Origin: an uncultured archaeon | Lineage (GTDB): Archaea; Thermoproteota; EX4484-205; JAAOZP01 | Assembly (NCBI GenBank): GCA_938045545.1 | Contig: CALIBN010000010.1 | Span: forward strand, 1 to 64,000 | DNA: 64,000 bases | Direction: 5' to 3' | In this document: one piece after another, positions 20,434-29,820 of the stretch | Position numbering within the stretch: position 1 is the first letter of the stretch | Layout of the letters: each line of letters begins with the position of its first letter | The notes under the pieces: model-generated | Seen by the model: the letters and a program-made list of their open reading frames with translations, nothing else | The model's database searches: none | Told to the model about the DNA's origin: nothing | Position numbers and translations under genes: made by a program

Positions 20434-20772
20434 ATGTCTGAATCTGAATACCTTAGACTAAGTTTGAAACATCTTAAGGAGGCTGAGAAACCTCTAGAGA
20501 AGAAAGATTATTCTCAAGCACATGAAAAACTCTGAGGGACCTTTGTAGAAGCAGTGAAGGCAGTAGCCGTTGAACGGGACATAAGTCTCTGAACTCATAG
20601 AGCATAGCTGAATTCATATCTAAGCTTCACAGAGAAAAACCCAGACAGCGAAGCGCACGCTATGCTGCTGGTTACGGCATATTCGACCTTCTGTATAAGA
20701 GCATGCTACTGGAACAAACTCATGCTTGCAGTCAGCGAACGTAAAGGGCTCGTCGAAATCAAGAGCCATTAA
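20434..20772 (+). pseudogene. PaREP1 family pseudogene
   Basis: MSESEYLRLSLKHLKEAEKPLEKKDYSQAHEKL*GTFVEAVKA aligns with 6-353; in-frame stops and indels. Confidence 0.8.
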
Positions 20773-20842
20773 GACACATGTTACAAGTTAAGAGTGAAGA
20801 TATGTCTAAAATCTTAAATTATAGTAGCGCACAGACTACTCA

Positions 20843-22054
20843 ATGGTTACAAGGCTGGTTGGTCTCTCGGGTAAGCCCAATGTTGGTAAGTCAACATTGT
20901 ACTCAGCCTTGACGCTGAACATTGTTAAGATTGCTGATTATCCTTTCACCACGTTGACTCCGAACAAGGGTGTTGGCTATTTGAGGAAGAAGTGCGTCTG
21001 CAAGAGTCTCGGTGTCGTCGATAATCCTGTGAATTCCAGGTGTGTAAACGGCTTCAGGTTTATTCCGGTTGAGCTGGTCGACCTTCCTGGTATTGTTCCT
21101 GGGGCGCACGAGGGCAGGGGTCTCGGAAACCAGTTTCTATCCGAGATAAGTATGGCGGATGCTTTGATTCATGTTGTTGACGCTTCAGGCAGCTTGGATG
21201 CTGAAGGTAGGCCGGCTGATCCCGATCCTGAGAACACTTTGAGGGACATAAGGTTTCTGGAGGACGAGTATGATCGTTGGCTCGCCGGAATTATTGAGAG
21301 GGGTGTTCAGAAGGCTCCTAGGGCTAGGCCTAGCAGGAGAAGTGTTGAGGATGTTCTAAGCCAGGTTTTAAGCGGCCTAGCGATAGGAAGGGGGGATGTT
21401 GAGAAGGCTGTTGAAAGGGTTAACCCGCCTGACGAGTTCTCAAAGTGGAGCAGGGAGACGATGATCGAGCTGGCTAGGACGATTAGGATGATTGCTAAGC
21501 CGATGGTTATAGCAGCGAACAAGATTGACAAGAAGGGGGCTGAGGAAGGGGTTAGGCGGATGAGGGAGGCGGGCTATGATCCCATCCCGATCAGCGCTGA
21601 GGCGGAGCTTGTCCTCAGGAGGGCTGCTGAAGCAGGGCTTGTAGAATATTTCCCTGGGGATAATGACTTTAAGATTGTTAGGCCTGAGACGCTTAGGGAG
21701 AAGCAGAGGGAGGCTCTTGAAATGGTTAGGGAGAAGGTTTTGAAGCATTGGGGTTCGACCGGTGTTCAGGAGCTTTTAAACATGGTGTACTTCAGGGTTC
21801 TTAAAATGATAACTGTTTACCCCGTTGAGGATCCGAATAAGCTTACCGACAAGAAGGGGAATGTTCTGCCCGATGTCTACCTTGTCCCGATGGGGATGAA
21901 TGTTAAGGAGTTCGCCGGGCTCATACACAGCGACCTTATGAACAATTTTCTCTACGCTATTGACGCTAGGCGTAAGATTAGGCTTGGCGAGGACTATGTT
22001 TTAAAGGATGATGATGTGGTTAGCATTGTAGCCGTCGGCAGGCAGAAGAGCTGA
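20843..22054 (+). CDS. ychF: Obg-family YchF-like NTPase with TGS domain
   Basis: GKPNVGKST, YPFTT, DLPG, NKID, TGS domain. Confidence 0.9.
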   Translation: MVTRLVGLSGKPNVGKSTLYSALTLNIVKIADYPFTTLTPNKGVGYLRKKCVCKSLGVVDNPVNSRCVNGFRFIPVELVDLPGIVPGAHEGRGLGNQFLSEISMADALIHVVDASGSLDAEGRPADPDPENTLRDIRFLEDEYDRWLAGIIERGVQKAPRARPSRRSVEDVLSQVLSGLAIGRGDVEKAVERVNPPDEFSKWSRETMIELARTIRMIAKPMVIAANKIDKKGAEEGVRRMREAGYDPIPISAEAELVLRRAAEAGLVEYFPGDNDFKIVRPETLREKQREALEMVREKVLKHWGSTGVQELLNMVYFRVLKMITVYPVEDPNKLTDKKGNVLPDVYLVPMGMNVKEFAGLIHSDLMNNFLYAIDARRKIRLGEDYVLKDDDVVSIVAVGRQKS

Positions 22055-22079
22055 CTTAGGCTAAAAACAATTGTTAAAT

Positions 22080-22364
22080 CTATCTGTATTTTTCAACGTA
22101 GTAACCAGCCTGCTTCTTAGGGCCGTAGAACCTGACTCCCTTCTCCACTATCCTCTTTTTTATGACGCGGGCAACCCTCTCCGGAAGCTCGTTCCGGGAG
22201 ACGAGGAAGTCCACTATCTGAAAAGCCTCCTCCTCACTGTCGCACCTCCTAATATAGTCGAAAACGTTTGGAACATATCCTTTAAGAGTCTTAGGCTCAA
22301 GGCTCTCAGAGTATCCTTCATCCGCGATCTTCATCAGCTCCTCCTCACTGAGGCTCGTAGACAT
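22080..22364 (-). CDS. DUF2095-like conserved archaeal protein
   Basis: GYVPNVFDYIRRC, GVRFYGPKKQAGYY. Confidence 0.75.
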   Translation of the reverse strand: MSTSLSEEELMKIADEGYSESLEPKTLKGYVPNVFDYIRRCDSEEEAFQIVDFLVSRNELPERVARVIKKRIVEKGVRFYGPKKQAGYYVEKYR

Positions 22365-22365
22365 C

Positions 22366-22968
22366 TTAAACAGCCTCGGCTAGGCTCACCCTAACCTCCT
22401 CAAACCTAATCGGGGATTCGAGAACATTCATCTTCTTAATTCCTGCGAGCTTTATCCTGTGAAACTTCTTAGCCTCATTATAAAGGTCTGACTCGATCTT
22501 CCCGAAGACGAGCTCTTGAACCAGCTGGGAATAGTTCAGCTTGCTACACTTGCCTAAAACTATGTTCATCATCGCCTTCCTCATCTTCTTCTTCTGGGAT
22601 TGCGAAGCACGGTAACGGGTCACGGCGATTGCTGAAACACGCATCCGGTAGCCATCCTTCGTAGTGGCGTTGAAAATAATGTCAACCCTCGAGGATCCTT
22701 TTCTAAGAAGGCTTCTCACGAAATCCCTGTCAAGCTCGTAGCCCCATAGTTCTGTGAGGGCAGTCTCCCCCTTTACGCCGGTGATTTTGAACTTTATTTT
22801 AACGGTTGTGTGAGAAGGATCGTCCGTCAGCTCGCTTAAAAGAACGCTTATAGTCCTGCCTATTAGGCCGCTTGGCTCTGAGGCTAGGACGCTGCCTACT
22901 GGCTTGCCCCCGAGGTAGTCCGGGGCAACTACTGGAAACCATTTTTTAGCCTTTTTCTGCTTCACCAA
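22366..22968 (-). CDS. rps3ae: ribosomal protein eS1 (S3Ae)
   Basis: KKWFPVVAP, DFVRSLLRKGSSRVD, TKDGY. Confidence 0.95.
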   Translation of the reverse strand: MVKQKKAKKWFPVVAPDYLGGKPVGSVLASEPSGLIGRTISVLLSELTDDPSHTTVKIKFKITGVKGETALTELWGYELDRDFVRSLLRKGSSRVDIIFNATTKDGYRMRVSAIAVTRYRASQSQKKKMRKAMMNIVLGKCSKLNYSQLVQELVFGKIESDLYNEAKKFHRIKLAGIKKMNVLESPIRFEEVRVSLAEAV

Positions 22969-23090
22969 TCCGGAAGAGGCTTGCGGGCAGCGTATTTAAA
23001 CTATGCTCTTCAGAAGCCCCGCGTATATGCAGCTTTTGCCAGCATCATAACCTATAAAAGCCTATTTTAAGCAGGATTGTCACCGCAACG

Positions 23091-24656
23091 TTGGAGGAGA
23101 AGCAGATAGTGGTTAAGGATTTAAGGCTGATGGTCTCTGCAGACCTTTACTTAAGCCGAGAGCTGCGGGGGGATGAGGTTGAAAGGGTTGCGGAGTATGC
23201 CGTTTCAAGCTTCCCAAGAGTATTCGCTCGGGGGGCGGTTAAGGGCGAGGAGCCCAAGATAGTTGAGCTGACCGTCACCAGGGAGAGGGTGAGCGTCACG
23301 GTGGAGTCTGGAAGAAGGGTTAGGGCACATGAAGCTGTTAAAAGGGCTAGGAAGGTCTTGGGCGATGAGCTTGGGCCTAAAATGGGGCTGGGCGTCAGGG
23401 GGATCAACGTCAAGTCTTTCCAAGTAGCTTTCATAGGGGAAAACCTAAGGGAGGTGAGGCTCCCGTTTGTTAGGAAGGTCGAGAAGACGGGGGAAGGCTT
23501 GAAATACTGGCTTGAGGTCGACGAGTCTGGCCTCTACGCTCAGGTTCCCGACAGGATCATAAGCCTTTTCCTGGAGAAGCAGGAGGCCCGTGCAATAGGC
23601 AGAGAGGTTCACAGAGTTGTCTGGCGTAGCTCGGAGAAGCCTGTTAAGTATGCTTCGGACCCTGGGCTGCTGCTGGAGGAGGAGGGGTGGGTTAAAAGAT
23701 TCCACCCCGGCATATGGTACTACCTCCAGCCCTACACTAGTCTTCTGAGAATACTTGAGGAAATGATTATTGAGAAGGTTGCGAAGCCGCTGGGCTTTCA
23801 GGAGGTTGTTCTACCTAAGCTTATACCGCTTGAAGTCGCGAGGAAGAAGGGCCACCTCTCCGGGATCCCTAGCGAGATGCTTTACGTCTGCGAACCCGGT
23901 TCAAGGGAGCCTTCCTACTTCGAGGATTACACTGACCTGGTTAAGGTTTTCAACGAGCCTAAGCCCGAAATCTTGAAAACGTTTCTGAAGGAGCCTGCTT
24001 ACACTCTTCCATACGCGCAGTGCGAGCCCTTCTACGAGCTTTTCGCCGGGGAGACCGTGAACCTTGACAACCCTCCTGTCAGGCTTTACGACAGATCCGG
24101 GTTCAGCTTCAGGCATGAGGCAGGAGGCTTAAGAAGCCTCGAGAGGCTTACAGCATTCACAAGGATAGAGATAGTCTATCTTGGCAGGCCTGAGGAAGTT
24201 GTTGAGATTAGAGATAGGCTGGTGGAGAACTATCTGAGACTGCTCGACAAGACGCTTGACATAGAGGTCAGGTCTGCCGAGGTAACCCCGGTCTGGATGG
24301 CTCACGCAGGCGTCATAAAGGATGTTTCCAGAAACATCGCCGCAACCTTCGACATTGAAGCCTACCTCCCGTTTAGAGGAGACAGGGAAAGCGAGTGGCT
24401 TGAAATAGCCAACGCGTCTGTCCACTACGACAAGTATGTTGATTGGTTCAACATTAAGGAGAGAAAGGGGAGGGAGGTTTGGACCGGTTGCTCAGGCAAT
24501 GGTCTTGAAAGATGGGTCTATGCTTTCCTAGCTAGACATGGCTTCAACGCTGAAGACTGGCCTGTAGAAGTGAAGAGGCGGTGGCCAGACTTTAAGCCTG
24601 TGATCATGGACACTTGGCCTCCTCGAGCGTTGAAGAAGCCTCCTGAATCATCTTAA
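23091..24656 (+). CDS. serS: seryl-tRNA synthetase, methanogen type (type 2)
   Basis: N-domain ESGRRVRAHEA, YAQCEPFY, DRSGFSFRHEAGG, F.RIE, TGCSG.GLERW. Confidence 0.9.
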   Translation: MEEKQIVVKDLRLMVSADLYLSRELRGDEVERVAEYAVSSFPRVFARGAVKGEEPKIVELTVTRERVSVTVESGRRVRAHEAVKRARKVLGDELGPKMGLGVRGINVKSFQVAFIGENLREVRLPFVRKVEKTGEGLKYWLEVDESGLYAQVPDRIISLFLEKQEARAIGREVHRVVWRSSEKPVKYASDPGLLLEEEGWVKRFHPGIWYYLQPYTSLLRILEEMIIEKVAKPLGFQEVVLPKLIPLEVARKKGHLSGIPSEMLYVCEPGSREPSYFEDYTDLVKVFNEPKPEILKTFLKEPAYTLPYAQCEPFYELFAGETVNLDNPPVRLYDRSGFSFRHEAGGLRSLERLTAFTRIEIVYLGRPEEVVEIRDRLVENYLRLLDKTLDIEVRSAEVTPVWMAHAGVIKDVSRNIAATFDIEAYLPFRGDRESEWLEIANASVHYDKYVDWFNIKERKGREVWTGCSGNGLERWVYAFLARHGFNAEDWPVEVKRRWPDFKPVIMDTWPPRALKKPPESS

Positions 24657-24879
24657 GATGGGTCAAGTAATCGGTCAGCGTGTAGGCCAGGGACATTAAT
24701 CCTCTTTTACAGGCTACTTTAAAAAGTATTCTTCGGCCTTTTAAACTGGACGACACCTTAAGCCCCTCAACCTTCAAAGCCTCATCCGGCTTCAACGCTA
24801 AGTACGCAAGCCTTGCTTCAAGCTTGCTCCTGAAAACAGCTTCAAGAACCGCGAAGCATGCTGAATCGTTCTGCCACAT
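24604..24879 (-). CDS. KEOPS subunit Pcc1-like
   Basis: About 90 aa with ALKPD motif; follows rps15 and the DHH gene as in other archaea. Confidence 0.7.
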   Translation of the reverse strand: MWQNDSACFAVLEAVFRSKLEARLAYLALKPDEALKVEGLKVSSSLKGRRILFKVACKRGLMSLAYTLTDYLTHLKMIQEASSTLEEAKCP

Positions 24880-26278
24880 TCCTTTCGAAAGCCTCCATGA
24901 AGGAGTGAAATCTTCTCCTGGGCACGGTTGCACCGGCTGCAACATCATGCCCTCCTCCGAGCCCTCCGGATTCTCTGGCAGCGTTCGAAGCCAGCATGCT
25001 ACCTTTAATACCCTTCTCAACAAGGCTCCTCGGAACCCTTATTGAAACCTTGAGCGAATCATCCTCAGCGGCGGTTACGACCAGGATCTTGCCAAGATCC
25101 TTGGGAAGGCTGGAGAATATTATTGAGGCAACCGGGCTCAACACTCTTTGGTCTATGATTCCCTCGCCGTTGTAAAGCAGTATTTTTTCAGACTCGATCT
25201 TGGCCCCCGGCATGCTTAGAAGGTTTGAGAGAGATTTTGAGATGGCTGTCCTGTATTCCCGACTCACTCGTTGAGCCTCCTCAAACATTCTGCCTCTTTC
25301 ACCCATCGCAACCGCCAAGCCTACGGCTGAACGCCCCATTCTCGCGCAAGAGTTCAACAGGGCTGAGAACTCCCTGCCGTCTCTTAAAACAGTGCCTCTG
25401 GGCTCTTTTTCAAAGACATAAATTGTGCCAAAAAGGTTTTGAGCACTCTCGGGTGAGAAGCCAAGGTCAGCGATATACTGCATTAAACCTGCGAGAAGCC
25501 TTGACCTCTCAGCCTGTGAGAGGTCGCTGAAAGTCCTCCATTTGTCATCAGTCTTAACCTCTATGCCGAGGCTTCTTAAAAGGTTTAGAGCAACATTCTC
25601 ATCACCACTCAGCCCAGGTATTATGAAGTTCGACGAGGAAGATATTGAGACATGTATCGGCAGGGTTTCCCTGCCGAAGAACACGAAGTCCTCCTCGACC
25701 CTAACTATGTTCATCTCCTCTCCTTCAAGAACTATCGTAGAGTTTAACCCTGTGAGCGACCTGTTAACACCCGTGTCCTGCATGTCGGCCAGCGCGCCGA
25801 CTATGGCTAGCTCATTCATCCTTGAGAAGTCTTCAACCAGGTTCTTGAAAACCAGGTATGAAACCCCTGAGCCGGAGATTTCTGAGCCACCGTTTAAACC
25901 ATGCTCATTAGGGTTCAGCATGAGAACACTGTTCGAATCGCCCTCAACCTCATGATGGTCAAGTACGACGACCCTGGAAGGATCCAGAACACTCGTTATC
26001 TCGCTCAAGTATCCTGCCCCAATATCCAGGAAAAGCACGGGCCTGGGGGGGAATGCAATGCTTTCCAGAAACACCCTGTCTATCTGAGTCACGGACCTTG
26101 CTGAGAAGGATACACCCATGCTTTTCAAAGCGAGACAAGCTATAGCTGCGGCAGCAGTGCCGTCTGCATCTGCATGGAAAACTATTAACGCATCACTCCA
26201 GTCGAAGGAACCCAGCCTGCTCGCAAAATCCCTTGCTTCAAAAATGAACCTCCTCTGAGTCTCCGACGCATGGCTCAT
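24842..26278 (-). CDS. DHH/DHHA1 RecJ-Cdc45 (GAN-like) protein
   Basis: HADADG, LDHH, GGGH..AAG. Confidence 0.9.
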   Translation of the reverse strand: MSHASETQRRFIFEARDFASRLGSFDWSDALIVFHADADGTAAAAIACLALKSMGVSFSARSVTQIDRVFLESIAFPPRPVLFLDIGAGYLSEITSVLDPSRVVVLDHHEVEGDSNSVLMLNPNEHGLNGGSEISGSGVSYLVFKNLVEDFSRMNELAIVGALADMQDTGVNRSLTGLNSTIVLEGEEMNIVRVEEDFVFFGRETLPIHVSISSSSNFIIPGLSGDENVALNLLRSLGIEVKTDDKWRTFSDLSQAERSRLLAGLMQYIADLGFSPESAQNLFGTIYVFEKEPRGTVLRDGREFSALLNSCARMGRSAVGLAVAMGERGRMFEEAQRVSREYRTAISKSLSNLLSMPGAKIESEKILLYNGEGIIDQRVLSPVASIIFSSLPKDLGKILVVTAAEDDSLKVSIRVPRSLVEKGIKGSMLASNAARESGGLGGGHDVAAGATVPRRRFHSFMEAFERNVAERFSMLRGS

Positions 26279-26715
26279 ATTTTTGCTTCAAGAACCTTCA
26301 GGTCGGGTAGGGGCACCTTCCTCCTAGAGTAGTAACGAGCAAGCCTCCTAATCTTAGACTCCACCAGTTGAAGATTGTGAACGTTGAAACGGTCAGACCT
26401 GTTCCTAGTTAAATGAGTAACCATCCTCTCAGCCTTAGCCACAAGTCTATCAAGATCCTCAGTCCTGGAGAACCTGACCCCCTTTTCGAGAAGTATTCTC
26501 GAAATCTTTTTACCAGTTATATTCCTGACGGATGGAACCCCGTACGAGTCCCTCAGGATCAACCCTATTTGAGAAGGACCATGCCCCTCTGACGCAAGCT
26601 TGACCACAAGCCCCTCAACCTCCTCAGGCTTCAACGACAACCATGGCGGAGCCCCACTGTAGACTACTCTACGTGAACCCGACTTACCCTTCTTATGGCT
26701 ATGCATCCTAGCCAA
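26275..26715 (-). CDS. rps15: ribosomal protein uS15
   Basis: ARMHS.KKGKSGS, LRDSYGVP, ESKIRRLARYY. Confidence 0.95.
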   Translation of the reverse strand: MARMHSHKKGKSGSRRVVYSGAPPWLSLKPEEVEGLVVKLASEGHGPSQIGLILRDSYGVPSVRNITGKKISRILLEKGVRFSRTEDLDRLVAKAERMVTHLTRNRSDRFNVHNLQLVESKIRRLARYYSRRKVPLPDLKVLEAKI

Positions 26716-26919
26716 TCTTTAAGCCAACTTTCTCTTGCAACCCCCCTATTTAAGCGTTCCCTGAAAACACTCCCTGACCCAATAGCACGAAACGTTCGTT
26801 CTTCACACGAAGCTTCAACAGCCGGCAGTAGAATCGACACCGCTTCAGAGGTTGCGTGCGACGAGCATAACGTGCGTGGTAAAAACAAAGAAGTAATGGT
26901 TTTCAAGGACAGACACCGC

Positions 26920-27134
26920 TAGACCTACCGAACCTTCCTCACATTCCCCTTTAGTCGAGAGATTCCGGGTTTGTCAGCCAAGCTTCATCCTAAGTGGTTG
27001 GGACTCGTAAAAAAGCCTCTGTCGTACGCGTATAAAACATGACCCGTTTCATAATGCCCATCGCACCATTAAGTCCATGTTGTAAGAATACCATAACCTA
27101 AGCATAACTGTTTATAATCATAATAATGACAATC
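26920..27134 (-). pseudogene. remnant of a Cys-rich gene that shares its 5' part with the cassette gene
   Basis: Reads DCHYYDYKQLCLGYGILTTWT*WCDGHYETGHVLY; begins at the left repeat copy. Confidence 0.5.
27102..27134. repeat. 33-bp direct repeat, left copy
   Basis: gcataactgtttataatcataataatgacaatc, identical to 29755-29787. Confidence 0.95.
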
Positions 27135-27137
27135 AAA

Positions 27138-27821
27138 CTAATAATTTTCGGATCTCAGATTTTTAGATTCAGATGCTACAAGGTCAACCAAAACTTCATC
27201 CTCAGTGACATCAACATCAGAAACCTCAAGCCTATCTATGTCTAATGAGAGTCCATAACCTAGAATACGTTTAGCCAGTTTATTTTTAATTAAATTCTCT
27301 GACAGGAATCGGATGAATTCGAGCATCTCATTAAAATTGAAGTGGAAGGCTCCCACCGTCATCCTTAATCCGTATTCGGGTTCAAGCTCGACGAACAAGT
27401 TCATATCCGGAAAGACTAATATTTCCCTTCCGTCCGTTAATGGTTTCACCCGTGGATCGTTTTTAACTTTCTCGATACACATACCTGTGAGGATTTCGTA
27501 CTCTTTCTCTATCTCCTCAAGCGTCTTCAAGTGTTCCTTATACGAGGCTTCCTCCATAAGAAACTCCATCGTAATTTCATAAACTTTATTTTTCCCAGTA
27601 AGGGCTAGGCTTAGTAGTCTTTCCACTAAAAATCCGACGCTCCTCGGATCATCTGTATAAACATCGATTCCAAAAATTATACCCTCACGTCGATCTTTAC
27701 CAACTAAAGCTATATGACACTCTTTAGTTGCTTCTCTCCAAAACTTCTCAATACATGATTCACTGTTGGCTCTGGCAGCTTCGTATTTATCACCCCATCC
27801 CCAAACAGTAATCCTACTCAT
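27138..27821 (-). CDS. hypothetical acidic protein
   Basis: 227-aa ORF 6 nt after the LAGLIDADG stop, ending next to the left repeat. Confidence 0.75.
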   Translation of the reverse strand: MSRITVWGWGDKYEAARANSESCIEKFWREATKECHIALVGKDRREGIIFGIDVYTDDPRSVGFLVERLLSLALTGKNKVYEITMEFLMEEASYKEHLKTLEEIEKEYEILTGMCIEKVKNDPRVKPLTDGREILVFPDMNLFVELEPEYGLRMTVGAFHFNFNEMLEFIRFLSENLIKNKLAKRILGYGLSLDIDRLEVSDVDVTEDEVLVDLVASESKNLRSENY

Positions 27822-27827
27822 TTCTCA

Positions 27828-28730
27828 TCATCCCTTTTTGGGCCTCCCTCCCTTTAATTTACCCTCCTCGTACGCTTTTAAGAATTCTTCGAATTTCTCT
27901 ACATGTGCAGGACTATAGCTTCCTATTTCTTTAATGAACCTTATCCGATCTTGAGCATATATCTCTAAATAATGCGTCCCATAAGTCTTATCAAGACGAA
28001 CCTCAGAAGGCTGAAAACCTATCTTTACTAAGGCTTCTCTTACCTCTTCCAAGCAATCCCCGTACTTTGAAGATATTCGAAGTTTAATTGAATACCTTCC
28101 ATGTCTTGCAACACTTCCATCTCCAGAGAAGAATCCTCTTAAATACGCTTTAATACCATCTTCGTCCAAATGTTCTAAGGGTACATGATACCTGTAAGGT
28201 CCGGTTTTAGCCCCAATCTCCCTCAGATCATAATATGCCCTTTTATCTTTTATCCCCGCTATAAATTCGCCCTTACCACAGTAAATATGCGGAGATCTAT
28301 TATAAACCTTCTCGAACAACTCAATATACCTTTCGATGAGTTCCATATCAGCAGAGTGAAAGAAGATTTGGCGAGACTCTCCCTCATAGGGAGATAAGCT
28401 GCCTTCTGCAGCTATAAGGCCGCATAATTCCGCTTTCTCAGGAGTAAGAATTTCTCTAATCCCACTACTATATACTTCTAACAATGTCCCATGGCTCAGA
28501 GGAAACAAAATTCTATCTTCTTTTATTCTTGCTTCTGCAAAAGTTGAGATAACATCATTTCCTCTAAATAGCTCATATTCTCCACTTTCTGTTACACCCA
28601 CTTTATATTCGCCAAAATCCATTATCTCCCTATAAGCCTTTTTATAACATTCTTTCTCTCGTTCTGTTAGAAACAGCTTTCCCTCCCGAAACCTTGACGC
28701 ATATTGATCTATTAATGAGCCCCCGCCCAA
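27828..28730 (-). CDS. free-standing double-motif LAGLIDADG endonuclease-like protein
   Basis: AELCGLIAAEGS and AYLRGFFSGDGS; no intein splice-junction motifs. Confidence 0.85.
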   Translation of the reverse strand: MGGGSLIDQYASRFREGKLFLTEREKECYKKAYREIMDFGEYKVGVTESGEYELFRGNDVISTFAEARIKEDRILFPLSHGTLLEVYSSGIREILTPEKAELCGLIAAEGSLSPYEGESRQIFFHSADMELIERYIELFEKVYNRSPHIYCGKGEFIAGIKDKRAYYDLREIGAKTGPYRYHVPLEHLDEDGIKAYLRGFFSGDGSVARHGRYSIKLRISSKYGDCLEEVREALVKIGFQPSEVRLDKTYGTHYLEIYAQDRIRFIKEIGSYSPAHVEKFEEFLKAYEEGKLKGGRPKKG

Positions 28731-29820
28731 CTCTTACTTCTCCTCAGCCAATCCAGCAAATTATGAAGAGCCAGTATTCTTTTACAGGATTCTGGACTTT
28801 CCACCCATAAATTGATAAGATCCTGTGGCATCTTACCTCTACAAGCATCACAATAACATTCCTTAAATCTTATCTTCTCGTCCCGCATATCGTATAATTT
28901 GGCGTCTCGAAAATAAAGGCCATGTTTAGCTTCAAGAAACCATGAAAAATTGCTATAACTTATCTCTTTGTATCCAAGTTTTCGTCCAACTCCGTAAATA
29001 AGTATTTCAAGTTTTTTATTATTAACTCTACCAAGCCTCTTCAACATGAGTAACACATGAGGAAGAAGATCGTTTAACAAGCCCTGCTCAAAAAGTTCCC
29101 TTGCAGGCATAACAAATGAAACATAATTCATTTCAACTTCCCTTCTAAGAGACATATAGATCTGACGCAGATTTGCGCCCTTGATTAAGCCAATTAACGG
29201 AATATCGAGATCTAAAAAATCATTTGCAAGCGATATTAATCGCATAGTTTGAGACCAAGATTGGTATAATGGGGCGTCAACATAAGTATAGTTATCGGGA
29301 ATCATTGTAGCATCTGGCCTTAACTCTTTAATCAGTTTCAAGTAATCATCCTTCGTAAGCTTATCAATAAGCTCATCAGGCATAACCGTGGACAACAATA
29401 TCTTTCCATTAAATTTAGAAAATCGTGAAGACCTTTGCTTGAAGCCCCCGACAATAAATCGCCATTAAGAAACAGTTGCCAGAGAGGGACAAAAATAGCA
29501 GGTGCATCTATTTCTTCTCTCCAAAACCATGATTCACGATTCCCTATATCAATTTGAGGAACAAACGTTGAAAAGTTAATCTTAGGCATATCCTTTTTCC
29601 TTAAATGATGAAGAAGGATGAGAGGTGGCCTCGTTAGCCCTCCAATAGGGCAGTATGCCCTCAACTTGCAGAAAGATTTGGGGTATGTAATACCTGAGAA
29701 AGAAATACCCCTGGGACATGAATCTACGAGGCAACGTTCAATTGCACAGCCTGGGCATAACTGTTTATAATCATAATAATGACAATCTATACACGAGATT
29801 CCGCACTTACTTTTCCTCAT
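28712..29820 (-). CDS. divergent TGT-fold (DUF4417-like) protein with Cys-rich N-terminus, split by a -1 frameshift near 29410
   Basis: Joins ORFs 29338-29820 and 28712-29398 as LHDFLN(F/L)NGKILLST; PDNYTYVD.P; C-terminal CYCDAC...LALHNL zinc motif. Confidence 0.7.
29755..29787. repeat. 33-bp direct repeat, right copy (inside the TGT-like coding start)
   Basis: Identical to 27102-27134; encodes DCHYYDYKQLC on the minus strand. Confidence 0.95.

Larger units (their letters stand above)
27102..29787 (-). mobile_element. AT-rich direct-repeat-bounded cassette (TGT-like + LAGLIDADG + orphan)
   Basis: Perfect 33-bp flanking repeats and visibly lower GC; no integrase or transposase inside. Confidence 0.6.

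Noticed and set aside
27828-28730. LAGLIDADG as an intein in the TGT-like gene
   Set aside because: Separate frame; no N-terminal Cys/Ser block or terminal His-Asn
27102-29787. 33-bp repeats as a CRISPR array
   Set aside because: Only two copies 2.65 kb apart and no cas genes
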